Of a stretch of DNA of 64,000 nucleotides, positions 1 through 11,150 are shown one piece after another. Below the pieces are notes generated by a model. That model ran no database searches. It saw only the letters and a program-made list of their open reading frames with translations, and was not told where the DNA came from. Both the position numbers and the translations under genes were made by a program. The DNA comes from Lama guanicoe. Its lineage: Eukaryota. The stretch is from NCBI GenBank assembly GCA_013239625.1, contig MU054187.1, forward strand, positions 2,675,757 through 2,739,756, written 5' to 3'. Every line of letters begins with the position of its first letter. The first letter of the stretch is position 1.

Positions 1-379
1 CTTCAGGATGACGAGCTATAGAACGTCATTCATATGTAATCTCGTTTCAGAAAGTAGGATTTACTTCAGCCACAGAATTTTGAATATAATACAACAGGTA
101 CGTTGAGTCCTTGGGGAGAGAAAGTATTTTTAAACTTATTATCAGTTTGAAGAAGACATCCGTGGGGAAGAAAGCTAGGTCCCCCTCCACTGAAACACCC
201 TTAGCTCCTGGGTTAGTGGATGCTTAGTGTGTTGGTTGGAACTACCGTGTCCCAGTACTTCTATCCAGCAGTGCAATCCAACCAGCACCTTAGAGGTTTT
301 TCAGGAGGCCCCCTTCCCGGGTCAGAGAGGACCTGGAGACAAAGCCCGGCTCCAGCCAGTTTCCCCTGGGCAGGTGTAG

Positions 380-562
380 CCCTGGGCGCGGGGCCGGGGG
401 AGGGGAAGAGGGCGGGAGTGGGGTTGAGCCGGGACTTGGGATTTGGGTGGCGGGCTGGGCGTGGGTCTAACGACGCCCGCCCGGCCCGCCCCCGCCGCTC
501 CATTGGCCACGTCTGTGCAGAAAAGGCCCCGCAGCCCGGGGGCGCCCGCAGTGTCACTGGGC
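380..562 (+). promoter_or_regulatory. SOX17 proximal promoter: GC boxes, reverse CCAAT box, initiator-like TSS near 548-550
   Basis: GGGCGGG at ~410-416, CCCGCCCC at ~485-492, ATTGG at 502-506 and CACGT at 508-512. GCAGTGTCACT at 548-558 matches the 5' end of human SOX17 mRNA as I recall it. Confidence 0.7.
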
Positions 563-740
563 CGGCGGGGGCGCTGCTTGCACGGTGGGCTGGGATCTGC
601 CAGGGCCGCGGGGTCGGGCTGTGGAACACGGGCGGCCCGCCGGGCATCTCCCTCTCTCGTTCCCCACCCCCTCCCCCCAGGTCGGGGGAGGCGGCGTGTC
701 CAGCGGAGGGTTGCGGGGCGCGGGGCAGGGCTGGAGCGCC

Positions 741-1047
741 ATGAGCAGCCCGGATGCGGGGTACGCCAGTGACGAGCAGAGCCAGCCCCGGAGCGCGCTG
801 CCCGCCGTGATGGCCGGGCTGGGCCCCTGTCCCTGGGCCGAGTCGCTGAGTCCCCTCGGGGACATGAAGATGAAGGGCGAGACGGCGGCGAGCAGCGGGG
901 CGTCGGCCGGGACCGCGGGCCGGGCCAAGGGCGAGTCTCGCATCCGGCGGCCGATGAACGCCTTCATGGTGTGGGCTAAGGACGAACGCAAGCGCCTGGC
1001 GCAGCAGAACCCGGATCTGCACAACGCCGAGTTGAGCAAGATGCTGG
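741..1047 (+). CDS. SOX17: SOX17 coding exon 1 (N-terminus and first part of the HMG box)
   Basis: ATG at 741 in the context gagcgccATGa. Translates to [15 protein letters not shown]...[37 protein letters not shown], the SOX17 N-terminus and SoxF HMG box. Donor G|GTGAGT at 1047/1048 gives a phase-1 intron within the HMG box. Confidence 0.98.
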
Positions 1048-1652
1048 GTGAGTCCGAGCTCGGGACCCAGATGGTGCGAATCGTGGAGCCGCTTCCTTGG
1101 GCCGCAAAGAGTGCGGGCCTTGCGCGGGAGGCCAGGAGTGCGTGGCTGCCACATCCTTCCCTGGGGCCCTCGGTTCCTTCCCGCTTCCCGTTCTCCCGAG
1201 TCTCCAAGGGGCTCTGGGCCTCGGTGGTCGGCGCCTGGATCCCCGGGTGGCCGGGGCGCGGGGCCAGCGGCTCTGGGGAGGCGGCTTCTCCGCGCGTCTG
1301 AGCGGCGGCGGGGGCACCCTGGCGCGGAGCTGGGTTTGTCGGGCCCGTTCCCCCGACTCCTTTCCCGGGTGCGGACGTTTTCAGTTCCTCGAACGACCGC
1401 GAGTGGGTGAGCGGGAGGCCGCTTCCAGGAGGCTAAAGGAGGAAGGGGTGCCTTGGCCTTAAATCTCGCGTCTTCCCCAAGTGCTCGTACTCCCGGCCTC
1501 CAGGTCCCAACGTTCACCTTTACCTTGACCCCCTTCGCCCCCCCCCCAGTTTCCCCGTCCGAGGTCGGAGGGGTCCCTGGCTCCAGTGGGGCCTGGGAGC
1601 GGGAGCTTGGACAGTAAACCCGCGCCCCTCTGCACCTCCCGCGCCCCTGCAG

Positions 1653-2566
1653 GCAAGTCGTGGAAGGCGCTGACGCTGGCGGAGAAGCGGCCCTTCGTGG
1701 AGGAGGCCGAGCGGCTGCGCGTGCAGCACATGCAGGACCACCCCAACTACAAGTACCGGCCGCGGCGGCGCAAGCAGGTGAAGCGGCTGAAGCGGGTGGA
1801 GGGCGGCTTCCTGCACGGCCTCGCCGAGCCGCAGGCGGCCGCGCTGGGCCCCGAGGGCGGCCGCGTGGCCATGGACGGCCTGGGCCTGCCCTTCCCCGAG
1901 CAGGGCTTCCCCGCGGGCCCGCCGCTGCTGCCCACGCACATGGGCGCCCACTACCGCGACTGCCAGGCCCTGGGCGCGGCCCCGCTCGACGGCTACCCGC
2001 TGCCCACGCCCGACACGTCCCCGCTGGACGGCGTGGAGCACGACCCGGCCTTCTTCGCCGCGCCGCTACCCGGGGACTGTCCGGCCGCCGGGCCCTACAG
2101 CTACGCGCAGGCCGCGGACTACGCGGGGCCCCCGGAGCAGCCCGCCGGGCCCCTGCACCCCCGGCTCGGCCCGGAGCCCGCGGGCCCCGCGATGCCGGGC
2201 CTCCTGGCGCCCCCCAGCGCCCTGCACATGTACTACGGCGCGGTGGGCTCGCCGGCGGCCGGCGGCGGGCGCGGCTTCCCGATGCCGCCGCAGCCGCCCC
2301 CGCCGGGCCCGGGGCAGCCGTCGCCCCCGCCCGAGGCGCTGCCCTGCCGGGACGGCGCGGACCCCAGCCAGCCGGCCGAGCTCCTTGGGGAGGTGGACCG
2401 CACGGAGTTTGAACAGTATCTGCACTTTGTGTGCAAGCCCGACATGGGCCTCCCCTACCAAGGCCATGACTCTAGCGTGAACCTCGCAGACGGCCACGGG
2501 GCCATCTCCTCCGTGGTGTCCGATGCCAGCTCTGCGGTATATTACTGCAACTATCCTGACGTTTGA
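1653..2566 (+). CDS. SOX17: SOX17 coding exon 2 (end of HMG box, basic tail, C-terminal transactivation domain)
   Basis: Acceptor cccctgcAG|GC at 1652/1653. Encodes [41 protein letters not shown], the SoxF motif DRTEFEQYL and the end [11 protein letters not shown], with TGA at 2564-2566. Spliced CDS is 307+914=1221 nt, 406 aa. Confidence 0.98.
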
Positions 2567-2955
2567 CAGGTCCCTGATCCGACCCAGCCTGCAGGCCAGA
2601 AGCACAAACAGTGTTACATACTTCCCGGAGGAGCTAAGGAAATCCTTAGCCTCATGTTGTGTTGTGTTGTTTTTAAGTTGCCTTGGCATATAATTTATGG
2701 TAATTTATTTTGTCTGCCACTTGAACAGTTGGGGGGAGAAGAAAATGCGAGGTTGTGATTCAAGACTTGTGCAGATACCTGTTGCCCACTGTTGCCTTGT
2801 CTAAACCCCATTTCCAAGTTCAAGTTCACCAATTTCCAAAGGGTCCCAGAACAACTTGCTCCATTTCCTGAAGCTTTATTGATCAAAGAAATTTTATCCC
2901 GGGTGTGTTTTTTAAATCTTAAAAAAAATAATAAAATCTGGAATCCTACTTTTTC
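2567..2955 (+). terminator. SOX17 3' UTR with polyadenylation signal AATAAA (2930-2935)
   Basis: AATAAA lies ~365 nt after the stop and is followed by T-rich sequence. ATTTA elements at 2693 and 2703. The cleavage position is estimated. Confidence 0.75.
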
Positions 2956-4762
2956 ACTCTGCTAGTGCCTCTGTCACAAAAATCAATTTCTGAGATCAGT
3001 GTTAAGAATTTAATAGAATTGGAAATATTTTAATGATGACATTTAATATATAGTTACTGTAAATTTCTCATTCTCTTGTAATGGTAGATCTGAATGCCTT
3101 GAAGGAGAAGCCCTAATGTGAACATTTGGGTACCCCAGGTTTTTGCTAGGGGAAAGACCCTCACGGAACGAGCCTACATTATACATTTCAAGTGATCTTA
3201 GTCTATAGGAAGTAATGGTTAATCGTTAACACTAAATATTTTCAATTTTAGTACGTCACTTTCAGAATCAGGAGAATACCCAAGTGATTTTGTTTTTCTA
3301 GTTGGATCTTGAGACCTGCCTAAAGAGGCTTTGGTTTATTTTTTCCTTTTCTGTATTTCCCCAAGAGCCTTTAAACACCCTCTTCACAGTGAAGTCACCA
3401 GTCATCACATGTCTACACATTGGGGAGTAGTGTTACTGGGTTACAAATTGAAGGAGTCACAGGAATGAATCAAAATGTGCGTTGTGACCTTAACTATTAA
3501 CACTTGGCATCTGTAACTTCAATGGGATGTTTTGCTCTAAACTACATCTGGGGCCCATGGCAGTTCCTGACACCTGCAGTTCTTAAGCTTCGGAGGGATC
3601 CAGGGACCATTTGTAGGTAGCATGCTTTCCAGTTGCTCCTAGAGCTGCAGTCCTAGGGCATCATTATCCTGCCCCTGCTGGGAAGAAACCGAGTCTCAGG
3701 GTTGTGAAGCAGGTCGGCCTGCTCCGAGCTGGGGCCCTTCCCATCACATTTTGCAGCTGAGACGTAAATGGATACAGACGCCTTATAATGGGTGCTTCCT
3801 GCCCGGGGTGTTTCGTCAATGCCACTTTGCACTGAATTTGAGCCTGATCAAACCTGAGCACTTACGTGTGGTTCTCTTCAATTTCCAAATGAGGAAAGAA
3901 GGCACGGAGCCCTCACCTGCCACGTGTATGGGGAAAGCTTGTTGTTACAAATTCTGACAGCCTGTTTGTTCATACCCATTTTCCTTTGTGCAGGGTGTAT
4001 TCATGGGCACTGGGAGAACCTGTGTCCTGGTGTGAGAAACTCTCTCCATACTGATATATGCTGTAGAGAAAAGGAACGGGGTAGGAGGGGGGCTTACAGC
4101 CTTTATCTTGAGGGTTATCTGAGCTGACATGGTGGGCCGGGTTCTCTTGAGAAATGGCAGGATGTATTTTACAAAGGGTTCCTGGATGCTAGGAATGTTT
4201 GGGATGAAAGTTCCAGTGAGGAAGGGTAAGTCTGCCTTGTTAGGCGTAACAGTTACTTTGAACATTTGAGATGAAAAAGTTCACCCCAGACTTCCAGCCA
4301 TCATTGAATCCAGTTTAATTGCTTCCTGTACCCTACCTTTTTCTGTTCTTTCTTCCTCTGACCCCAGACAGGTTCTACTTTCAGCCTGCTTCTTCCCTGG
4401 GTTGTCCTATGTTCCTAGGAGATAAAGTGAGCGCAGTGCCCCACTTGCTCAGGTTCAAGGCTGTATCGCCAGTTCAGATCACACCTGGCATTTCTGTGCC
4501 TACTTGGTTGGTCCAAGGATACCCAGTTGTATCCTTTGCTGCTACCTCTCGACAAAATTAAGAAGACAAATAGGGAAAAGAGGAAAGGAGAAAAGAATGC
4601 TTGGGGGAAGAACCAAAAGTCCATGAAAATTACATTCTTAACGACTCACCAGGGACAGGTGAAGTAATAACTCAAATTGTTAGGTGTATCCAATGCCTTT
4701 AACCCCAGTGGTGGATAATTTGTCTTCACGATCATTCCTGGGGGCAGAGGTATCTCATCTAT

Positions 4763-4922
4763 TCCTTCTTTTTCCTTAGGCAGAGGCAGATGCACTGACC
4801 TCAGGTCCCAGCTAGTGACTGGTTTTTGTTTTACTTTGGAAACAAATAAACAAAAGATCCATTGCCTCCCCCCATCTCTACTTCTGGGATACTTTAGAAG
4901 TGTGTCAGGAGGTAGAAATCAG
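4763..4922 (+). repeat. Copy A of an old local direct duplication (partner 6203-6404)
   Basis: Colinear shared blocks such as gatgcactgacctcaggtcccagctagtgactgg, tttggaaacaaata, attgcct and aagtgtgtcaggaggtagaaatc. Confidence 0.8.
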
Positions 4923-5280
4923 GGCAACTCTCCCGAGTTGTAAGCACTCTTAGATGTCTTGCTTATTTGAATTCACTTTAGAGGGTGTCTAAGAAAAACA
5001 AACCATGCCCTCCCCACCACTGGGGCCTGCCCACATGCACATAAGCAATGCTTCAGACATCATTTTAGGCGATTCATGACTCCTTAGACCTCTTCCAAAG
5101 GTTGTAGGAATCCAAAGCCCTCAGATTTTGAAGCCCCGACGGTGAATATTTGTTGGAAAGCATGATATTCAAGCATCGAAGCAAAAAGGCAGTTTCCCTT
5201 AATTTGAAAACACAAAGGGACATCTCGAGAATTCTCTTCTATTACTGAATCCCCCCCCTTTTTTAAAGGTCACTTAAACA

Positions 5281-5406
5281 TTTTTTTAGGGGGGAAACGT
5301 CATAGGTTTACTTATTTGTTTTATTTTAAGAGGAGGCGCTGGGGATTGAACCCAGGACCTTGTGTATGCTAAGCATGAACTCTACCACTTGAGCTGTACC
5401 CTTCCC
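5281..5406 (-). mobile_element. tRNA-Ala-derived SINE (camelid Vic-1-like)
   Basis: The reverse complement contains an A box (agctcaagtggtagag), a B box (gggttcaatcccc) and an A-rich tail. Same family as 43672, 45668 and 57654. Confidence 0.88.
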
Positions 5407-5549
5407 TCCTGTCCCCCCGCCCCCGAGTTTCCCCTTCTTGAGACATGTCAATCAAGGAACACTGGGGAGCGGGATGAATCTCTCTCAAAGTGTAAAGGAA
5501 ACCCAGGACAGCCTACAAGATGAAGACAGAACCTTCTCCTTGGTGTAGT

Positions 5550-6040
5550 TGTGTGGTGGTGGTAGCTCGTCTCCACCTCGGATATTTACATCCTTGGATA
5601 AACTCCTCCCACATTTAATCTGGGTTGGACTTGCTACTCTGATCCAATGGAATACAGCAGAGGTGATGCCGTGCCAGTCCCAGGGCCAGCCCTCAGGAAG
5701 GCTTGGCAGTCTCTTTTGTGTGCTCCTGGGAGCCCTGAGCTACTGTGTAAGAAGTCCAGTTACCAGGTGGTGAGACCATGTGCAGAGACCCCGCAGAGAG
5801 GAGAGACCACGGGCATCCCGAGGAGGGCGGGCAGAGGGCTGGCCTGGCCTGCCTGCTCACTCTCACCAGCCCTCCTGCCCCCATCCTGCCGACAGGAACT
5901 CAAGAGAGGCCAGAGGAACAAACTGCCAGATGAGCTCAGGCAATCCACAGGTGGGAGAGAATGAAAAAAAAAAAAAGATGGTGGTTATAAGGCACTAAGT
6001 TTGGGGGAGCTTTGTTACTTGGCAACAGATTATTGAAACA
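5550..6040 (+). mobile_element. MaLR solo LTR (MLT1F/G/H-like)
   Basis: MLT1-type blocks (gaggtgatgccgtgccagt, ctgggagccctgagctactgtgtaagaagtcc) and a typical 3' end aaggcactaagtttgggggagctttgttac...aaca. Confidence 0.7.
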
Positions 6041-6202
6041 GGTTTTATCCTTAAATGACCCTTTCTTATTTTTCCTGGTGGGAAAATCAGAAAAAGAGTT
6101 TGGGGTCCTGTCAGAGACACCAATGTCGTTTTAGAGTGAAGGGTGGAATGTGAAACGTGACTCCGGTTGGCTGACCACGGTAGCGCCAGATGCGCAGACA
6201 GA

Positions 6203-6404
6203 CCCTTCTTTCCTGAAGCTGATGCCGATGCAGTGACCGCAGGTACCAGCCAGTGACTGGTGTTCTAAAAATATTAAATTTGCCTCAATTTTTAATGGTT
6301 TTATTTTGGAAACAAATACATGAAGGATACATTGCCTGCCTCCCTCCTCCCCACCCCGTCTTGACTTTTGAGGTGCTTTAAAGTGTGCCAGGAGGTAGGA
6401 ATCC
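6203..6404 (+). repeat. Copy B of an old local direct duplication (partner 4763-4922)
   Basis: gatgcagtgaccgcaggtaccagccagtgactgg, tttggaaacaaata, attgcct and aagtgtgccaggaggtaggaatc occur in the same order as in copy A. Confidence 0.8.
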
Positions 6405-9400
6405 AGTTCTTTCACAGGCCAAGATGCCCTGACTAGGTGCCAGTGCAGAGTCTGCACACCTCTGAGCGGCCCAGAGAAAGGAGTCAGAGGGTATTTTCTT
6501 TCCCACAAAGACACTGCCTTCATCTCTATTAAAGCTACCAGGGCAGATCTGATAAATAACAAATAAACGTGTAAGCTGCTAACACAAGCAGCCGTGAGAT
6601 GATCTCACACTGAAACAGTATCTTTTACTTATTCTTATCTCAGAAGATTATTGCACCTTTCATTTGAATCCCACTCTGCAAAAGACTTCAGCTTCTGTAA
6701 ATTTTGTGCTGATATCGGGAAAAGCACATACAAGCAAGAGGAATTTAGGGGAAATGGAATGGGGTGCTGTGCACCCAAAGATACCATCACTGTCTAACAT
6801 TCTCAAATGTCCCATTTCACTTTATTTTGAATACTCTGAACTGTGCCGGTCACATCTTAGATGTTCAACATGCCCTTCCTCCTCCGATTCCCTTTTGATT
6901 TGTTTTCACAACACTGGACAGGCGCAAGAGATTTTCCATCCATCATTTCAGCATAGATTGATTCTTCCTGCTTACAAGGTGCTTCCTTCTGAGTCCCAAA
7001 TATTCATCAGAGGAAAAGTAATATCTGTGTCCTAGCCCTACCCGACTCGAGCAGGGTGAGGAACATTTAGCTCTTTCCTCCACATGATGAGCCTGTGCCC
7101 TACAGAACATTCCATCAGGTCCTCTGACCTGGGATCCAGCTGCATCTCCTTAATTTTTCACTGTAACCCCAACCCCTACCTTCCCTCCGATGAGAAGGTT
7201 ATGTGATTCCTCCTGAATTGTTAGGCAGCTTCATGTAAATCAGTCTGCACTGTCCCTCTTACACAAACGCTGAACCCTCACCACCAGCAATTCTCCCAGC
7301 TTTATTCAAGGGTCTGGATATTAAAAATTCTTAGTCCAATGCAAAATAGTATTTTAATAGTAAACTGGCACTTCTTAGCAAAATATAAAATTATTAGCAC
7401 CAGTATAGAGCAAGCGCTAAATAAGTTGTTGCTATGATGTTAATAATGTTCTTTGATGGAAGCATTCTCTGCAGCTTAAGTCCAAACAACAATTTGGCTG
7501 AATCAGAGGGAAAAAAAGTAACCTCATTCTTGCTGAAGACATTTTATCTTTGAGGATCTCTTTCTACTTTCGCCAAAATCTCAAAACACTTTGACAAAGT
7601 TGAATTCATAATAAGCATTCCCAGCTGACATTGCTTAGAAAGATGATTTGTGAGGTCACACTCTGAGATTCGGCCGAGCATTGTGAACTGAGCAGCCATG
7701 CTGTGGACTTGGTTTTCTCCAGGATGGTGGTCAGTGCTCACTCTGATGGGAGTCGGTCGGTCGGTGCCCTCTCATGTACCTGACGTCTTGCTAGGCAAGG
7801 AAGACAGCTGTGACAGGCTGGCAGGAGGCTGAGCAGTGTTCTTGTCTGTCTGATTCCTCAGGCTACAAGAGCCCCTGGGGCAAGGATTGTCTGGTCACTT
7901 TGTGTCACCTGACCTGGTACCTAGAAGTGCTCAGAGATAGACTTAGTACCTCCCTCAGTTCTCCACTGGGCATTCCCCGAGGACTTGGGAGCTCCTGCTT
8001 TGTCCCTCTTCTACCTGAGACAGTCACCAGTGGCTAGAACTCCTTTCTCCTGAATACTGTGTCAGGACAGCAGACTTAACTGCACGGAGCATAAGCTACT
8101 GGAGCAGATCAGAGAAAGGCTGTATAAGTGATGGTGTCCCCAGAGAAGAAAAGTCTCTACATTTTGAGCCAGAAGTTCCCCGGCTCAGCAGCTTGGCTTT
8201 GTGAATCTGATGGTGTGAATCTTTTCTGATCTCTGCTCTGCTCATCTGTGGAAAGCAGGCATGGTAAAAGCCCCCTCTCCCCCACGGGATGGCTGCAGGG
8301 ACGTGAGATGGTGCTGGAAGGGTTGCTTCAGGGACACGGAAAACGCTCTTCCCTCCCTCCCCTCTTCTCTACCTTTTGATTTTATGTATCTTGTCTTTCC
8401 CAGCAGACTTGGGGGATTTACTTTCATGATTCAACAGTAAGTTGCCTCCACTTGTTCTTTGCTTAGTGGATTAATTTCCTAGCCTTGTAAGCTCGCCCGT
8501 ATGACCTGGAAACACAGATTGATCGTCTGTTGTTTTTTTCTAAGCTTTGAGCAGCTCAGCCTCTTTGATCATAAAATGAGACCAGAAATAATTGTCATCT
8601 GAAGAAGAACTTCACATAGAATGTCTCAGTTTGTATGAACTCCCCATTTCGCATGAAAATCTCAAGGTCTTACCAAGGGACAGTTGAGACACAGAGCCCT
8701 CCCCAGCCTGCTAACGCTCACCTTTCAGTCCAGCCCTTTCCCCCACCAATCACAGTTTCTCAAGTCCTGAAACATATTTCTGTGTCATTTAGTTTTTAAG
8801 GACTGAACGGAGTTGGAATTCTTGAGGGCGAATAAGCAGAATGGAATGGGGGAGGGCAGTAGATGAAGAAATAAATTCTGGTTTCCAGCAGTTCCAAGTA
8901 ATGTTGAAACTTCATACCCAGGTTTTTGAATCACTCAGCCCTCAGAAGTGATTTCCCCAGGGCAGTGGTGGATGGGGTGAAGAGAAGGAAATTCTGACAC
9001 ATCCCTACCAGCAAGGGACAGTTTTATAGCTGTTCCTCACAGCGTGGATTCTTCTGCTTGTTTTAATAAATCAGTTTGGATGTTTGAAAACAGTAGCTGG
9101 GATTGTAGGTGCACACCCACATGCCAAAAATACTACAGGACGGAGAAATAAAATAAAAATTCAAGCTTGTAGTTTCAGTAAAGAGATTGTGGGTATGGGA
9201 AGTATATAGTTTTATTTATTCATTTAAAAATAATTTAAAATTTAAAGTGATGCACATGCTTATCAAAAAAAAAAAAAGGCCACATGACAGATGGGCTTAT
9301 AACAGAAACTAAGAGTTACAGGGAGATTCCATCCCTCCAGAGCCCCAGTGCCACGTATTAGTCAATCCTTCTACCCGCTTCCCCCGGTTTTTTTGGATCT

Positions 9401-9959
9401 GTTGGGATTTACCTACATTAATAATGCTGTTATTCTTGTGGTTAATTAATTAATATCCCTGCGAGGCTAGTTCGTATTTATCAGGTTTAGACCTTGACTT
9501 CCTGCTGTGATAGCCAAGCACGCCCTGCGCTCCTCCGTCTACCGAACGAACGTAGTTCCAGCCTTATTTCCATTTCTCCTGTTGATGACCATTGCCTTCC
9601 TTCTAAAGCACTGCTGCTTGTTCCATCACAAAGGCGGGAAGTCTTGACCCCCAACTGCGAAAAGTGGGGATACTGGCGCCCCCACCTCTCCCCCTTCTTT
9701 GGCGAAGGTGGACATTTTGGGACAGGTTTTCTGCGTGTGTGGTGGGGGAAGGGAGCAGACGGAGTAGCGAGGCACGTGCTGGAATGGAAAGGCATCCATT
9801 TTACAGCGTCTCAACCAGTCCCAGACAGTCGGGGCCGCTTACCACCGTGGCTGTGATTTTAGATTCAGTCACTTCTTACCCCCACTGGGAAAGGGAAGTA
9901 GCGTCCTTAAAGCTTTACACAAAGCAGAAAAAAAAGTCAGGGAAAGGGGAAAACCCAAA

Positions 9960-11150
9960 GCTCAGCGGTCGGCTTCCACGCCCACCCCACCCTGCGCCGC
10001 GCGCGGGCCCAAGTCCCGCGAGGCGGCGGCGAGTCCCGCCGGCGCGGGCGTCTCGGGCGCGGGAGGCGCCGGGAGCCGAGGGCGCGGCGCTCCCCTCGCC
10101 GGGAGCCGCACTCCAGCTGCTGCCAATTCTGGGGAGCACTTTAACAAAGACCTGCAGGGACTTCAACTTAAAAGGTAAAGGCTCTGAGGTTTGGTGTGGG
10201 TCGAGGGGAGCACGGCCACCGTGGTGACCGGGACGTAAAGACCCCGACGTCGCGCGCTCGCTTCGAGGCGTTTCGCGCCCGGTGCCCGCGGCCTGAAGCG
10301 AATCCGACTCGAAGGTTAGAACGGGCTTCCCTTTTGTATCGTCCAGGAGTCGACCTGCCGCGCGAAGCCCCCAGTAGGGCCAAACGTGACATGTGGGGCT
10401 GACCTGCCTCCCAGCAGTGGGGGGGACGGGGGCTCGGCCGGTGGTTTCCTGCGTTCGCGGCGAGTGGCGGCGCGTGGCTGCGCTGGGCGCCTGAGCTCTG
10501 GCCGCGCCGGGGCCGCCGGCAGCGCGAGCCGGCGCTCTCGAAGGTCACGTCTGTGCAGACAAGGCCGCGCGGCCCGGGGGCGCCCGCAGTGTCACTGGGC
10601 GGGGGAGTGGGGGCGTTGGCTGCGCCGGGACGCCGGCGGCGGGAGCGGCCCGCCCGGCCTCTCCCTCTCTTGCTCCCCACTCCCGCCCTCTCCGTGTCCC
10701 GCGGAGGGTTGCGGGGCGCCGCGCAGGGCTGGAGCGCGGTGAGCAGCCCGGATGCGGGGTACGCCGGTGCCAGGCCGAGCCAGCCCCCGGGCGCGCGGCC
10801 CGCCGTGACGGCCAGGCTGGGCCCCCTCGGGGCTGTGAAGGTGAAGGGCGAGGCGGCGACGAGCAGCGGGACGCGGGCCGGGGCCGCGGGCCCAGCCAAG
10901 CCTCCACACGGCGTCTTCAAGGTGTGGCTAAGGCGGAGCGCCGGCGGCTCTCGGGGGCACCGGGCCCGCAGGACCAGGACCTGCGCGGGACGCCGGGCGA
11001 GGCGCCGGGAACCCGGGAGGGAGTGAGAGGAATGGGCTTGTGCAGGGGAGACACCGGCTCGGGACCATCCGCGTGGGTGGGTCGGTGGCTCTGCCTCCGA
11101 GAACTGGCTTGTAGCGGGGGTTTTACTTCTACGGAACCAATCGTCTTCGG
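9960..11150. promoter_or_regulatory. CpG island containing the duplicated SOX17 promoter and exon-1 relic
   Basis: Dense CpG and GC content, extending ~600 bp upstream of the recognisable SOX17 homology. Confidence 0.85.
10546..11030 (+). pseudogene. SOX17 duplicate relic, part 1: core promoter, 5' UTR and exon 1
   Basis: 10546-10600 matches 508-562 at 52/55 nt. GTG at 10739 replaces the start ATG and reads [41 protein letters not shown] 1-nt frameshift at VW continues as AKAERRRL...QDQDL, homologous to AKDERKRL...QNPDL. A GTGAG donor-like site lies at ~11023. Confidence 0.93.

Larger units (their letters stand above)
380..2530. promoter_or_regulatory. CpG island covering the SOX17 promoter and gene body
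   Basis: Very high GC content and dense CpG from ~380 to the end of the CDS, with abrupt return to AT-rich DNA on both sides. Confidence 0.9.

Noticed and set aside
585..1301. ORF-track SOX17 with an N-terminal extension and read-through into the intron
   Set aside because: The true start is ATG 741 and the canonical donor at 1048 ends the exon. The extensions are artefacts of unspliced ORF calling, as is the 1586 start for exon 2.
261..1517. 418-aa antisense ORF and other long ORFs overlapping SOX17
   Set aside because: Arg/Pro/Gly/Ala-rich shadow frames typical of stop-poor CpG-island DNA, with no recognisable domain.
10553..11026. Functional second SOX17 or other SoxF protein gene
   Set aside because: No ATG, the RPMNAFMVW motif is destroyed, there is a frameshift in the HMG box, and the basic tail and DRTEFEQYL are absent.
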